Part shown: positions 9,947-19,215 of the stretch, piece after piece
How positions within the stretch are numbered: position 1 is the first letter of the stretch
Layout of the letters: every line of letters begins with the position of its first letter
Assembly: GCA_022865305.1 (NCBI GenBank)
Contig: JALHSP010000074.1
Coordinates: forward strand, 18,413 to 82,412
From: Bacteroidales bacterium
GTDB taxonomy: Bacteria; Bacteroidota; Bacteroidia; Bacteroidales; VadinHA17
DNA length: 64,000 nt
Direction of reading: 5' to 3'
Program-made: the position numbers and the translations under genes
Notes under the pieces: model-generated
What the model was told of the DNA's origin: nothing
Databases searched by the model: none
Seen by the model: the letters and a program-made list of their open reading frames with translations, nothing else

Positions 9947-10813
9947 TTATTCATGATTTATGTTTAATATTTTAAATAGCTCTTTTGAAAATTTTTTTGC
10001 ACCAAATTCATTCAAATGAGAATTGCCGATCCAATCCTGATCAGCATCAAAAATTTCACAAAAATTTTTATAGTTAAAATTATACAAATTTGCTGAATAC
10101 CCATTATTGAAGGAAAGTAAATAAGGACCAACTCCAGATAGATTTTGTGTACGCTTAAATCCGGGCAATTCTAAAATTAATAACTCTATTCTGTTTTGAT
10201 GACATAATTTTGCTATTTCTCCAATCCATTGTGAAGATCTATACTGTTCTATGTTTAAATATGAGTCATTATATTCTGTATTATCAGGAACAATCTTTTG
10301 AAATTTTAATTGACCACATACAATTTTTGCTTTTCTGTGCTTGCTGCTTACAATTTTTTTTAAAAATTCTACACCCAACCATTTGAATTTCAAAATTGGT
10401 AAATCATTCACACCATATTTATAATCTTTCATTGTAACCTCAACAAGGGGATGGATTCTTTCGTTAAAAAATGTTTCCCCAAAAGTTCCAAGACCGAGAA
10501 TAACATATTTTGGTTTTTGCGAGGATTTCGTCAGATATTCATTTAACTGGATATAATTTGTTTTAATGGAAGCGCCACCCAAAGCTGTGTTATATGATCT
10601 TATTCCACATGAAGTAAGCAGTTCACAATCTATTGCATCCATTGCCAGACTGCTTCCCAACACCAACAGTTCAAATTCAGGATTATCTAACTTCAATGAT
10701 TCAAGCCTCTTTCTGCAATCCCAATCTGTATATGCAATTATTCCAATATAAAAGATATTAAAGAAGATAAAATATAAAACGTAAATAAATGATCTTCCAA
10801 GAAAAGCTTTCAT
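9947..10813 (-). CDS. membrane-anchored SGNH-fold protein, DltD-like partner of the adjacent MBOAT
   Basis: The track start is TTG. ATG at 10813 lies 2 nt after the MBOAT stop. There is an N-terminal TM helix, LLVLGSSLA (block I-like) and GNSHLNEFGAKKF (block V-like). Paralog of 15038-15919. Confidence 0.7.
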   Translation of the reverse strand: MKAFLGRSFIYVLYFIFFNIFYIGIIAYTDWDCRKRLESLKLDNPEFELLVLGSSLAMDAIDCELLTSCGIRSYNTALGGASIKTNYIQLNEYLTKSSQKPKYVILGLGTFGETFFNERIHPLVEVTMKDYKYGVNDLPILKFKWLGVEFLKKIVSSKHRKAKIVCGQLKFQKIVPDNTEYNDSYLNIEQYRSSQWIGEIAKLCHQNRIELLILELPGFKRTQNLSGVGPYLLSFNNGYSANLYNFNYKNFCEIFDADQDWIGNSHLNEFGAKKFSKELFKILNINHE

Positions 10814-10815
10814 AT

Positions 10816-12267
10816 TCAAAATTGAAAATATATAAATTGTTGCTCATTGCCACCAAACCAGAATATTGCCAAGACAATTGCAAAATAAAACACAGATCTT
10901 AATGTTCGCTTCCATTTTATTCCTATGATGGCAATGGCATGATCCTGCTCTCTTCCTCCCCACTCAATGAGAATACAAATACCGATAAAAATCATTGTTG
11001 TTAGTACATTTTGCATGTTTGTCAATGTTGGAACCGTAAATAAAGAAGGAGATACTATTTCAGACAGATACCCCAGAGCTTGTCCAATATTTTCAGACCT
11101 GCCAAATATTGAAGTAATGGATACCAGAAGAAAAAGCCCTAACACTCCTAAACTCTCACTAGCCGATGGTATAAGTTTTCCTGCTGCAATGAATTTATTT
11201 TTATTCATAGATCCTTTGATAATGATCGGCACAAAATAAAGACCATGTAAAAATCCGAATACAATAAAAGTCAGGTTAGCCCCATGCCACAATCCAACTA
11301 TTAGGAAAGTAATGAGAATAGAAATGGCCAGGCCAATTTTTTTATATCCTCTAAGAATAAAGCTTAATGGAGTAAAAACATAATCCATTAACCAGGATGT
11401 AAGCGAAATATGCCATTTTTTCCAAAAATCGCTTATATTGGTTGAAAAGAATGGAAATGCAAAATTATTGGTTATTCGAATATTAAATAATTTGGAAACG
11501 CCGCAAGCCATGTCTGAGTATCCTGAAAAGTCTGCATATAAGCTAATTATATAGAAAATTGCACCAAGTAATAAAGTACTTCCATTAAGGGTTTGATAAT
11601 TATTGAAAATATTATTGACAATTGGAGTTAGTCTATCTGCAATGATCATTTTTTTAAACAGGCCCCATAAGATCTGCCGCAATCCATCAACTGCTATGTC
11701 GTAATCGAACTCCCTTTTCTTTTGTATTTGCGGTAGAAATCGCTGTACTCTTTCTATTGGACCGGATAAGATTTTTGGAAAATATGCTAAATAGGTAAAG
11801 AAGCTTAATAAATCGTTAGTTGGCTTTATTTCTTCATTATTAACATCAATCAGATAACCTATCATTTGAAAGGTAAAGAAACTTATGCCTAACGGCAATA
11901 AAATATGAAAAGGGGTAAAATTAATATTAACGCCACTGTAGTTAAGAAGTGTTACAAAACTTTGTACAAAGAAATTAAAGTATTTAAAATAGAAAAGAAT
12001 AGCTATATTAAAAACAATTCCTGAATAGAAAATAAATTTCCGGATTTTACCTTCTTCTTTCTTCGCAATAAGCTTTGCCAGATAAAAATTGACAAAACCT
12101 GAAGCAGCTAAAAGAGAGACAAATTTCCAATCAGCCATGCAATAAAACACAATGCTTGACAATAATAGCAGTATGTTTTGTGTATTGGAATTTTTATTAA
12201 ATACCAGCCAATAAAGTAAAAACACAATTGGGAGGAACAGAGCAAATTCAAAGGAGGTAAACGTCAT
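10816..12267 (-). CDS. MBOAT family membrane O-acyltransferase (DltB/AlgI-like)
   Basis: Polytopic membrane protein with the MBOAT signature FWKKWHISLTSWLMDYVF and a downstream GLWHGA. Confidence 0.9.
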   Translation of the reverse strand: MTFTSFEFALFLPIVFLLYWLVFNKNSNTQNILLLLSSIVFYCMADWKFVSLLAASGFVNFYLAKLIAKKEEGKIRKFIFYSGIVFNIAILFYFKYFNFFVQSFVTLLNYSGVNINFTPFHILLPLGISFFTFQMIGYLIDVNNEEIKPTNDLLSFFTYLAYFPKILSGPIERVQRFLPQIQKKREFDYDIAVDGLRQILWGLFKKMIIADRLTPIVNNIFNNYQTLNGSTLLLGAIFYIISLYADFSGYSDMACGVSKLFNIRITNNFAFPFFSTNISDFWKKWHISLTSWLMDYVFTPLSFILRGYKKIGLAISILITFLIVGLWHGANLTFIVFGFLHGLYFVPIIIKGSMNKNKFIAAGKLIPSASESLGVLGLFLLVSITSIFGRSENIGQALGYLSEIVSPSLFTVPTLTNMQNVLTTMIFIGICILIEWGGREQDHAIAIIGIKWKRTLRSVFYFAIVLAIFWFGGNEQQFIYFQF

Positions 12268-12289
12268 AACAACCTAGCAGGAACTAATT

Positions 12290-12529
12290 TCACAATTTTG
12301 ACTGGATCAATTCAATCAATGTGCCCATATTCCCAAGTTTGTTTAATTCTTTAAGCTTAAACCTGCAATTAAACATTTTTTCAATTTCTGTAATGATTAT
12401 CATGTGAGTTAAAGAATCCCAGCCATCTACATCTGTTGCAGACAAATCGTCTCGCATTTCAAACTTTTCATGTTTTAAAACTGAAACCAGGATATGCCTT
12501 AATTTCTCAAGTATCTCCGATTTATCCAT
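12290..12529 (-). CDS. acyl/aminoacyl carrier protein (79 aa, DltC-sized)
   Basis: Phosphopantetheine attachment motif DGWDSLTHMIIITEIE. Sits between the adenylating enzyme and the MBOAT. Confidence 0.85.
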   Translation of the reverse strand: MDKSEILEKLRHILVSVLKHEKFEMRDDLSATDVDGWDSLTHMIIITEIEKMFNCRFKLKELNKLGNMGTLIELIQSKL

Positions 12530-12587
12530 ATTTTTATGATTAAATTGATCTATTTCCCCGAAACTTGTTTTTCATAGCAATAGATCA

Positions 12588-14069
12588 TTACTTTAAGATC
12601 ATACCTTTCAACATTTTCCTGTCAATTTTCCCATTGTTATTTAAAGGGAATGGCTTAATAAAAAAGTATTGGGTTGGAACCATATACGAAGGTATTTTTG
12701 ACTTCATATATTCTTTTACACCTGTAATATCAAACTCCATAGATTCAAACACGATAGCAATTTCATAATTACCTGCCGAGTTTTCAATTGCCAAAGCAGC
12801 TAAAACTGTCTTTTCTTTAATAGCTTTTTTAGCATAATATTCTACTTCCGAAAGTTCGACTCTAAATCCTTGTATCTTTACCTGAAAATCTTTTCGCCCT
12901 ATGTAATTTATATTGCCATTTTCTCTTAACAGGCACAAATCACCTGTGCGATAAAAACGAGTACTAACCCCCTCATAATTTGTGGTAAAAAACATTTCCT
13001 GATTAAGAAGCGGATTATTAAAATAACCAGGCGTTAATTGTGCACCAGCTAAGCAAAGCTCGCCAGTCTCATTATTATCTGCTTTCTCATTATTTTCATT
13101 AAATACAACAGCCAAATTGTTCATCATCGGCTCCCCAATAGATAAAATTCCATTATGTGTTTCATTCATAATAGCTCTTTGATATGTATAATAAGTACAA
13201 AAAATTGTATCTTCTGTTGGTCCATATACATTATCAATTCTTGCGTTTGGAACACAATGCGACCATTCTTCAACAACATCACTATGCAAAGCTTCTCCGC
13301 AGAATAATGAATACCTCATTTGCGGACAATAAATTTCGCTAAAATAAGGCCGCAAGTAATTTAATATAGATGGCACCATTAAAGCTATTGTCAGCTCCTT
13401 TTCATCCATGAGTTCAGATATATAACTATATTTGACCTGACCTTTCGGGATAGTATAAACACAAGCACCTTTAAGCAAAGGTATAAGATATGACATTACA
13501 GACAGATCGAATGTGAGTTCAAACATTTGCAGACAACGGTCATTTTCATTAATATCACGCCTCATAGCCCAAAAGGCTTCAACAAAACTTGCTACATTCT
13601 TTTTTGTAATCATCACTCCCTTAGGGATTCCAGTACTACCGGAAGTATAGAAAATATAAGCTAGTTGTGTTTCAAAATTCGACTTTAGTGTGTAAGTTTC
13701 CAACAACTCTAAAGATGCTTGAAAATCCTCAGAAAGAAGATATCTGGTTTCATCCGAATTCAATATAGTTTTAATACCAACTTGATCAATAATACTCTGA
13801 TTGCGTTCAGCAGGAGTTTCCGGATTTAACGGTACATAAGCTTTCCCAGAGAACCAAATTGCAAAAATTGAAGCATATGTGTCTAAATGGTCATTAGTAA
13901 TTAAAGCGATATTAGTATCGGCAATATTTTCCAATGACTTTGCAATTGTTACAATTCTTTGTGCAAATTGCTTATAAGTATAATATTCATTATTAATAAA
14001 AAACGCATTACGGGAACCATGTTTATCAATTGCTTCCAATAAAGGTTTTGATACTTCTTTATAAAACAT
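12588..14069 (-). CDS. stand-alone adenylation enzyme (DltA-like carrier-protein ligase), substrate unknown
   Basis: AMP-binding motifs YTSGSTGIPKGV, GELCLAGAQLTPGY, YRTGD, GRKDFQVKIQGFRVELSEVE and NNNGKIDRKML. Confidence 0.9.
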   Translation of the reverse strand: MFYKEVSKPLLEAIDKHGSRNAFFINNEYYTYKQFAQRIVTIAKSLENIADTNIALITNDHLDTYASIFAIWFSGKAYVPLNPETPAERNQSIIDQVGIKTILNSDETRYLLSEDFQASLELLETYTLKSNFETQLAYIFYTSGSTGIPKGVMITKKNVASFVEAFWAMRRDINENDRCLQMFELTFDLSVMSYLIPLLKGACVYTIPKGQVKYSYISELMDEKELTIALMVPSILNYLRPYFSEIYCPQMRYSLFCGEALHSDVVEEWSHCVPNARIDNVYGPTEDTIFCTYYTYQRAIMNETHNGILSIGEPMMNNLAVVFNENNEKADNNETGELCLAGAQLTPGYFNNPLLNQEMFFTTNYEGVSTRFYRTGDLCLLRENGNINYIGRKDFQVKIQGFRVELSEVEYYAKKAIKEKTVLAALAIENSAGNYEIAIVFESMEFDITGVKEYMKSKIPSYMVPTQYFFIKPFPLNNNGKIDRKMLKGMILK

Positions 14070-14347
14070 AAGTTTAAGTTTAATTTTATACTTTAAAAAT
14101 TGTAACCAAATTTCTGAATAAAAAACAGATTAATCAGATTCTTTCATTATTTGATAAACACCTCAATTTGTTATTAAATTGTTTGACGCCCAAGTGATAA
14201 AATTATAATAAATTAGTAGTTTTAAAAAGCTATAGATTTCTATTGCTGGTCCATTTTTGTGTCGAAGCAGGATTTTTATCATTTATTATGTAAGGTTTTT
14301 GTCGAGCAAGCTGAGCGACAATATTTTTATAAGATTAAATATTAAAG

Positions 14348-15016
14348 ATGTCTATGGATACAAATTATTCAATAAGAAGGGCAACAATTAAAGACGTAAC
14401 ATTTTTAGCTGACGTGATCATTGGTGCAGAAAAAAGTTTGACAGAGAATATAGGATTAGCTACAGTTTTTGAGTTATCGGAAGAGAGATTAAGACAACTG
14501 ATCATTGCAATGCTGGAAGAAGAAGTTGATGGTTGTGAGTTTTCAATAAGCAGTTTTTTTGTAACCTGTTACAAAGAAAAACCAGTTGCAGCAATAGGTG
14601 GCTGGCTAGAATGTTATTATGACAATATGCCTTCCTCGTTAATTAAATCGAACCTAATTGGTTTTGTTTTTCCAAGAGAAAACATACTTAAGGCTCAAGA
14701 GAAATCTGATATAATAAAAGGTTTACAATTTGAAAGAGAAAAGGGTACATACCAGTTGGAATATGGTTATGTTGCCCCTAACCATCGAGGCAAAGAAATA
14801 TTTAACCAACTCATGAAAATTCATTTGGACTATGCTAAGCAATTGGATCCAAATGTAAAGAAAGCACAAACACAAGCCTTTGAAAATAATAAAAGTGCTA
14901 TCATAACTCTTGAACAAATTGGATTTCGATTTGTAAAAAAGTTTGTTTCACAAAATAAAGATATCTTAAATTATATGCCTTTTAATGTCAAAGTCTTAAT
15001 GGAGAAATCTATTTAA
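14348..15016 (+). CDS. GNAT family N-acetyltransferase
   Basis: GNAT-like core ..YGYVAPNHRGKEIFNQLMK... The N-terminus IRRATIKDVTFLADV is typical. One of only two plus-strand genes in the 9.9-54 kb locus (the other is 46205-48526). Confidence 0.7.
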   Translation: MSMDTNYSIRRATIKDVTFLADVIIGAEKSLTENIGLATVFELSEERLRQLIIAMLEEEVDGCEFSISSFFVTCYKEKPVAAIGGWLECYYDNMPSSLIKSNLIGFVFPRENILKAQEKSDIIKGLQFEREKGTYQLEYGYVAPNHRGKEIFNQLMKIHLDYAKQLDPNVKKAQTQAFENNKSAIITLEQIGFRFVKKFVSQNKDILNYMPFNVKVLMEKSI

Positions 15017-15037
15017 TAATTTGTCATACAGTATTTT

Positions 15038-15919
15038 TCAATAACCTTGTTTGTCAAACACAATTTTAAAAAATTCTTTTGTGAATCTTTCAGCACCATA
15101 CTTGTTAAAATGAGACAATCCAGCCCAGTCCTTGTTATAGTCAATATACTTGCAAAAGTCCTGTGAATTCAAATTATACAGCGAGGCCTGGGATCCATCG
15201 GAATAATGAATAGTATACGGGCCTATTCCGGAAACGTTTTGTGTCTCCCTTACCCCCGGCAGGTCTATAATAATAAATCCAATGCCATTTTGTGCACATA
15301 ATTCTGCAAGCCTGTTTATCCAGTACGCAGATTCAAACTTGGCAAAATCAAGACTTGTGCTTTTATACCCTGAATTATCAGGAATTGTTCTAAGGCTCTT
15401 CTTATGTCCAAATGTTACTGTGGTTTTCCTGTATTCACTTAATACAGCTTTTTTTAGCAGCTCCATTCCTGCCCAGTTAAATTTTGTAACAGGAATATCT
15501 TTGATCCCATATTTATGATCCTTCATTGTAAACTCAACAACCGGCTGTATTCCCTCGCCATGAAAATCTTCAAGATATGAGTTAACTCCTAAAATAACGA
15601 AACGAGGTTTACTTGGGTATTTTGTAAGATATTCGTTCAATTGTATATAGCCTGTCCTGACCGAACTTCCAACTAATGATAGATTGAAGGATTTAATTCC
15701 TGAATAGGTAAGCAACTCGGTGTCAAAAGCATATTCGGATTGACTGGCGCCTAAAACCAATAATTCAAAATCAGGGTTTTCAAACTTAAGGGATTGAAGT
15801 CTTTTTACAAAGTCCCAGTCAGTCAGCGCAATTGTAGCAAGAAATATGGAATTCACAATAACTGAAAACAACCCAAAGAACAGAATAAATAAGACTATTC
15901 TATTTATAATTATTTTCAT
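15038..15919 (-). CDS. second membrane-anchored SGNH-fold DltD-like protein
   Basis: About 50% identical to the 9947-10813 product (..FELLVLGASQSE.., GYIQLNEYLTKYPSKPRFVILG, GLSHFNKYGAERF). Immediately downstream of the second MBOAT. Confidence 0.7.
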   Translation of the reverse strand: MKIIINRIVLFILFFGLFSVIVNSIFLATIALTDWDFVKRLQSLKFENPDFELLVLGASQSEYAFDTELLTYSGIKSFNLSLVGSSVRTGYIQLNEYLTKYPSKPRFVILGVNSYLEDFHGEGIQPVVEFTMKDHKYGIKDIPVTKFNWAGMELLKKAVLSEYRKTTVTFGHKKSLRTIPDNSGYKSTSLDFAKFESAYWINRLAELCAQNGIGFIIIDLPGVRETQNVSGIGPYTIHYSDGSQASLYNLNSQDFCKYIDYNKDWAGLSHFNKYGAERFTKEFFKIVFDKQGY

Positions 15920-15921
15920 TT

Positions 15922-17355
15922 TTAAAAATTAGCGTATACGAATTGCTGCGATTTAAGGCCTGTGACATAGATGATCGTGATAAGTATTGAATAGACAGTC
16001 CATCTTAACACCCTTTTGCTCTTGGCTTCACCTGACCAGAAGGCTTCAAGCTTCAGGTAAACATTATTGTAGTCATTTTGCAGGAGTTCCAGAAAGAGCA
16101 AGGCAGGAATAAATATCAAGACACCAAAAGGTTTAAGACTTATATCATCAAAGGGTGTTTCTCCGCTGAATCTGGTCAGTTTTGTCAAAAATGTCAATGC
16201 TGTTTTTACGTCGGGTGAGAAAAACAATACCATACACAAGCAGTAAAATAAATACGTTACGATTCTGCTAAACCATGTGTTCAGAAATATGGGAACTTTT
16301 GCAAACAATTTAACTCTGAGCTTTTTCGTAAAATACTCATAGTTAATTGCAATGGCCTGAAGGACTCCTATTAACATGAAAGTCCAGCCTGCTCCATGCC
16401 ATATTCCAAAAAGCATCCAGGTTATAAATATCGCATAGACCGAAGCCCACACCCCCCATTTTCTGTATCTGAAACTAGTTTGTTTGAACATATAATCATT
16501 AAACCAGGATGAAAGAGATATATGGAATCTTTTCCAGAAGGTTGTCATGTTTTCCGAAAAGAAGGGACGATTGAAGTTGGGTAAAAGATCTATACCAAAC
16601 ATCTTCGCTATACCAATAGCAATATCTGTATAACCTGAGAAATCAAAATACAGGTAAAGCGGATGAAGGATGAAAATTATCCATGAAGTAAATCCGTCGG
16701 AATAAGCGGTGTTTGTAAAAGAGTTGATCACATAGGGCGCCAGCTGGTTTGCCACAGCAACCTTCTTAAAAACTCCGATCAATACTATTCTTAGTCCTTC
16801 CGCCATCTGTTGCTCATTTATCTTTTTATCAAGACCTAATTGGGGAATAAAGTGATTGGAACGCTCAATAGGTCCGGAAAGGAACTTTGGATAGAAGGTG
16901 ATGTAAAGCAGGAATTTAAGCAGGTTCTTTTCAGGCTTCTCCCATCCCATTTTGACATTGATAAGAAATCCTATACCCTGCAGCGTGAAATAAGAAATAC
17001 CGACCGGAACCATAATCTCGGCAAGCCTGGATACGTAAATATTACTATTGAATAACTGCAGAAACGGATCAATGGTAAATGATGAATATTTCAGAATAAT
17101 CAGCTGTGACAAGTTTATGATAATTCCTGTTCTGAAGAGTGCAATCTTATGCTTTGATCCCGGGATCTTTTGCCCCAGAAAATAATTGATCAGAGAGTAA
17201 ACTAATACATATGGCAAAAGCAAAAAATTAAAAGTGGCAATAAATCCACAGCTTATCAGTACAAGGAATCCAACCCGGTACTTAGGGTTTAACAGGTAAA
17301 AAATAAAAATTGATAATACAACTAATAACGCAAACTTCAATGATATTATTCCCAT
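15922..17355 (-). CDS. second MBOAT family membrane O-acyltransferase
   Basis: FWKRFHISLSSWFNDYMF and GIWHGAG motifs. Polytopic. Confidence 0.9.
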   Translation of the reverse strand: MGIISLKFALLVVLSIFIFYLLNPKYRVGFLVLISCGFIATFNFLLLPYVLVYSLINYFLGQKIPGSKHKIALFRTGIIINLSQLIILKYSSFTIDPFLQLFNSNIYVSRLAEIMVPVGISYFTLQGIGFLINVKMGWEKPEKNLLKFLLYITFYPKFLSGPIERSNHFIPQLGLDKKINEQQMAEGLRIVLIGVFKKVAVANQLAPYVINSFTNTAYSDGFTSWIIFILHPLYLYFDFSGYTDIAIGIAKMFGIDLLPNFNRPFFSENMTTFWKRFHISLSSWFNDYMFKQTSFRYRKWGVWASVYAIFITWMLFGIWHGAGWTFMLIGVLQAIAINYEYFTKKLRVKLFAKVPIFLNTWFSRIVTYLFYCLCMVLFFSPDVKTALTFLTKLTRFSGETPFDDISLKPFGVLIFIPALLFLELLQNDYNNVYLKLEAFWSGEAKSKRVLRWTVYSILITIIYVTGLKSQQFVYANF

Positions 17356-17439
17356 TAATTCAGAGCTTAAGTGCTTATAATATTATAGAATCTGCCCAAA
17401 ATTGAAAACTAAATTTGACCGACAAACACAAGCTATTGA

Positions 17440-18639
17440 CTAACAGACTTTCCTGATACATTTCAATAATACTTCCAGTACTCTTTGCCGTTCTTCATCA
17501 GTCATGCCGGTGCCGGAAGGAAGACATAATCCATTTTGAAATAACCTTTCGGAGACCCCGCTAAGATAAGTCGGGTATACTGAGAAAACAGGCTGTAGAT
17601 GCATAGGCTTCCATAATGGTCTACTCTCAATATTATTCTCCTCCAACTGCTTCTGCAAATCCTCACGTGTAATTCCTGTTATTTCGGCATCGATAATAAC
17701 AGCAGTTAACCAGTGATTTGAAAAGTATGATTTATCAGGTTCTTCGAGAAATTTTAATCCTTGATATTTTTTCAGGTTTTCATAATAGAAGGAAAAATTT
17801 GATCTTCTTTGTTTTACTCTCTCATCAATAACCTCCATCTGCCCGCATCCAATTCCTGCAAGAACATTGCTCATCCGGTAATTATAACCGATCTGGCTAT
17901 GCTGATAATGCGGTGCTTTGTCCCGTGCCTGTGTCGCCAGAAATCTGGCTTTATCAATCATCTCTTTATCGTCTGAGATCAATGCTCCTCCTCCTGATGT
18001 TGTTATGATTTTATTCCCGTTGAAAGACAACACTCCCATTTTACCGAAAGTTCCAACTTGTTTCCCTTTATACTTACTGCCCAGGGCTTCCGCCGCATCT
18101 TCAATTACAGGTATATCGTATTTATTAGCTATAGCCATAATCCTGTCCATATTAGCTGGCATCCCGTATAAGTGAACAACAATGATTGCCTTGGGTAAGC
18201 GATGAGCGGTGAGAGGTGAGTGGTGAGATTTCCCTTGTGCCCTGCGCTCTGCGCCCTGCGCCCTGCGCCCTTTAATGGCTTCCTCAAGCAAGTCAGGGTC
18301 CATATTCCACGTTCCAGGTTCACTGTCAACCAGTACCGGTGTTGCTCCCAGGTAAACAATCGGATTTATAGTTGCTGAAAAAGTAAAGGAGGAAGCAATA
18401 ACTTCATCTCCAGGTTTGACTCCCAGCAGAATAAGGGCCAGGTGAATAGCCGCCGTTCCGGAGCTTAATGCCACAACATGCTTTATGCCACAATACCTGG
18501 CAATAGCTTCTTCAAAGGCATCTACATTCGCCCCAAGCGGAGCTATCCAGTTGGTGTCGAAAGCGACCTTAATATATTTTTGTTCAGCACCTCCCATATG
18601 CGGGCTTGAAAGGTAGATTCGTTTCTTATTTGTCAACAT
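17440..18639 (-). CDS. DegT/DnrJ/EryC1/StrS family PLP-dependent sugar aminotransferase carrying an in-frame ~25-aa repeat-encoded insertion
   Basis: Family pattern throughout (LSSGTAAIHLAL, IEDAAEALGS, SFNGNKIITTSGGGAL). Residues 124-148, GRRAQGAERRAQGKSHHSPLTAHRL, interrupt the usual ..EEAIK/..KAIIVVHLYG junction. Confidence 0.9.
   Translation of the reverse strand: MLTNKKRIYLSSPHMGGAEQKYIKVAFDTNWIAPLGANVDAFEEAIARYCGIKHVVALSSGTAAIHLALILLGVKPGDEVIASSFTFSATINPIVYLGATPVLVDSEPGTWNMDPDLLEEAIKGRRAQGAERRAQGKSHHSPLTAHRLPKAIIVVHLYGMPANMDRIMAIANKYDIPVIEDAAEALGSKYKGKQVGTFGKMGVLSFNGNKIITTSGGGALISDDKEMIDKARFLATQARDKAPHYQHSQIGYNYRMSNVLAGIGCGQMEVIDERVKQRRSNFSFYYENLKKYQGLKFLEEPDKSYFSNHWLTAVIIDAEITGITREDLQKQLEENNIESRPLWKPMHLQPVFSVYPTYLSGVSERLFQNGLCLPSGTGMTDEERQRVLEVLLKCIRKVC
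18194..18272. repeat. two abutting heptamer arrays inside the DegT coding sequence: (GGTGAGN)x5 then (GCGCCCT)x5
   Basis: Read directly: ggtaagc gatgagc ggtgaga ggtgagt ggtgaga tttccct t gtgccct gcgctct gcgccct gcgccct gcgccct. Confidence 0.85.
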
Positions 18640-18680
18640 TTGTGATAATTTGTTATTTCGGTGAATGCTAGTGCAAAGAG

Positions 18681-18743
18681 GTGAGCGGTGAGAGGTGAGC
18701 GGTGAGCGATGAGCGGTGAGTTATGAGCAATGAGTTTTGAGTC
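18681..18743. repeat. heptamer array (GTGAGCG-type, 9 units), left arm of zipper cassette A
   Basis: gtgagcg gtgagag gtgagcg gtgagcg atgagcg gtgagtt atgagca atgagtt ttgagtc. The core ggtgagcgatgagcg (18701-18715) is the exact reverse complement of 19160-19174. Confidence 0.85.
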
Positions 18744-18758
18744 TATAACAAATAGTAT

Positions 18759-19133
18759 TTAAGAACACCACTTATCAGGATGGTTGATCATGGATATCAG
18801 CATCTTGCGAACTTCATCATATTCATTCATTATTTCATCATGGATTTCATTTGAGATATACTTACAATCTCGTGAATAATCCAACCAGACTTCAGTTTCA
18901 TATTCTTCTCCTAATGAATCAGATAATTTATTTACAAAAGATTTGATATAACGCTTCTTTGCCCATGCTTCTGCAATATTTGATGTTACTGACCTCGACG
19001 AGCGACGAATCTGATCGATCAGAGAATACTTTTCTTCTTTTGGAAAATCTTTTGATATCTCAAATATCTTCATCGCCAGCTTATAAGCTTTCTGATATAC
19101 AATTAAATCCTTGAAACTATTTATCTGACTCAT
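18759..19133 (-). CDS. four-helix-bundle protein (23S rRNA intervening-sequence protein family, PF05635/TIGR02436-like)
   Basis: 124 aa. Family pattern FKDLIVYQKAYKLAMKIFEISKDFPKEEKYSLIDQIRRSSRSVTSNIAEAW. Confidence 0.85.
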   Translation of the reverse strand: MSQINSFKDLIVYQKAYKLAMKIFEISKDFPKEEKYSLIDQIRRSSRSVTSNIAEAWAKKRYIKSFVNKLSDSLGEEYETEVWLDYSRDCKYISNEIHDEIMNEYDEVRKMLISMINHPDKWCS

Positions 19134-19146
19134 AAATTGTAATCTA

Positions 19147-19195
19147 TCTCATTTCTCATCGCTCATCGCTCACCTCTCATCTCTATATTCTCACC
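19147..19195. repeat. heptamer array (TCTCATC/GCTCACC-type, 7 units), right arm of zipper cassette A
   Basis: tctcatt tctcatc gctcatc gctcacc tctcatc tctatat tctcacc. This is the complement flavour of 18681-18743. Confidence 0.85.
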
Positions 19196-19215
19196 GATGT
19201 AAAACAGGGCATACA

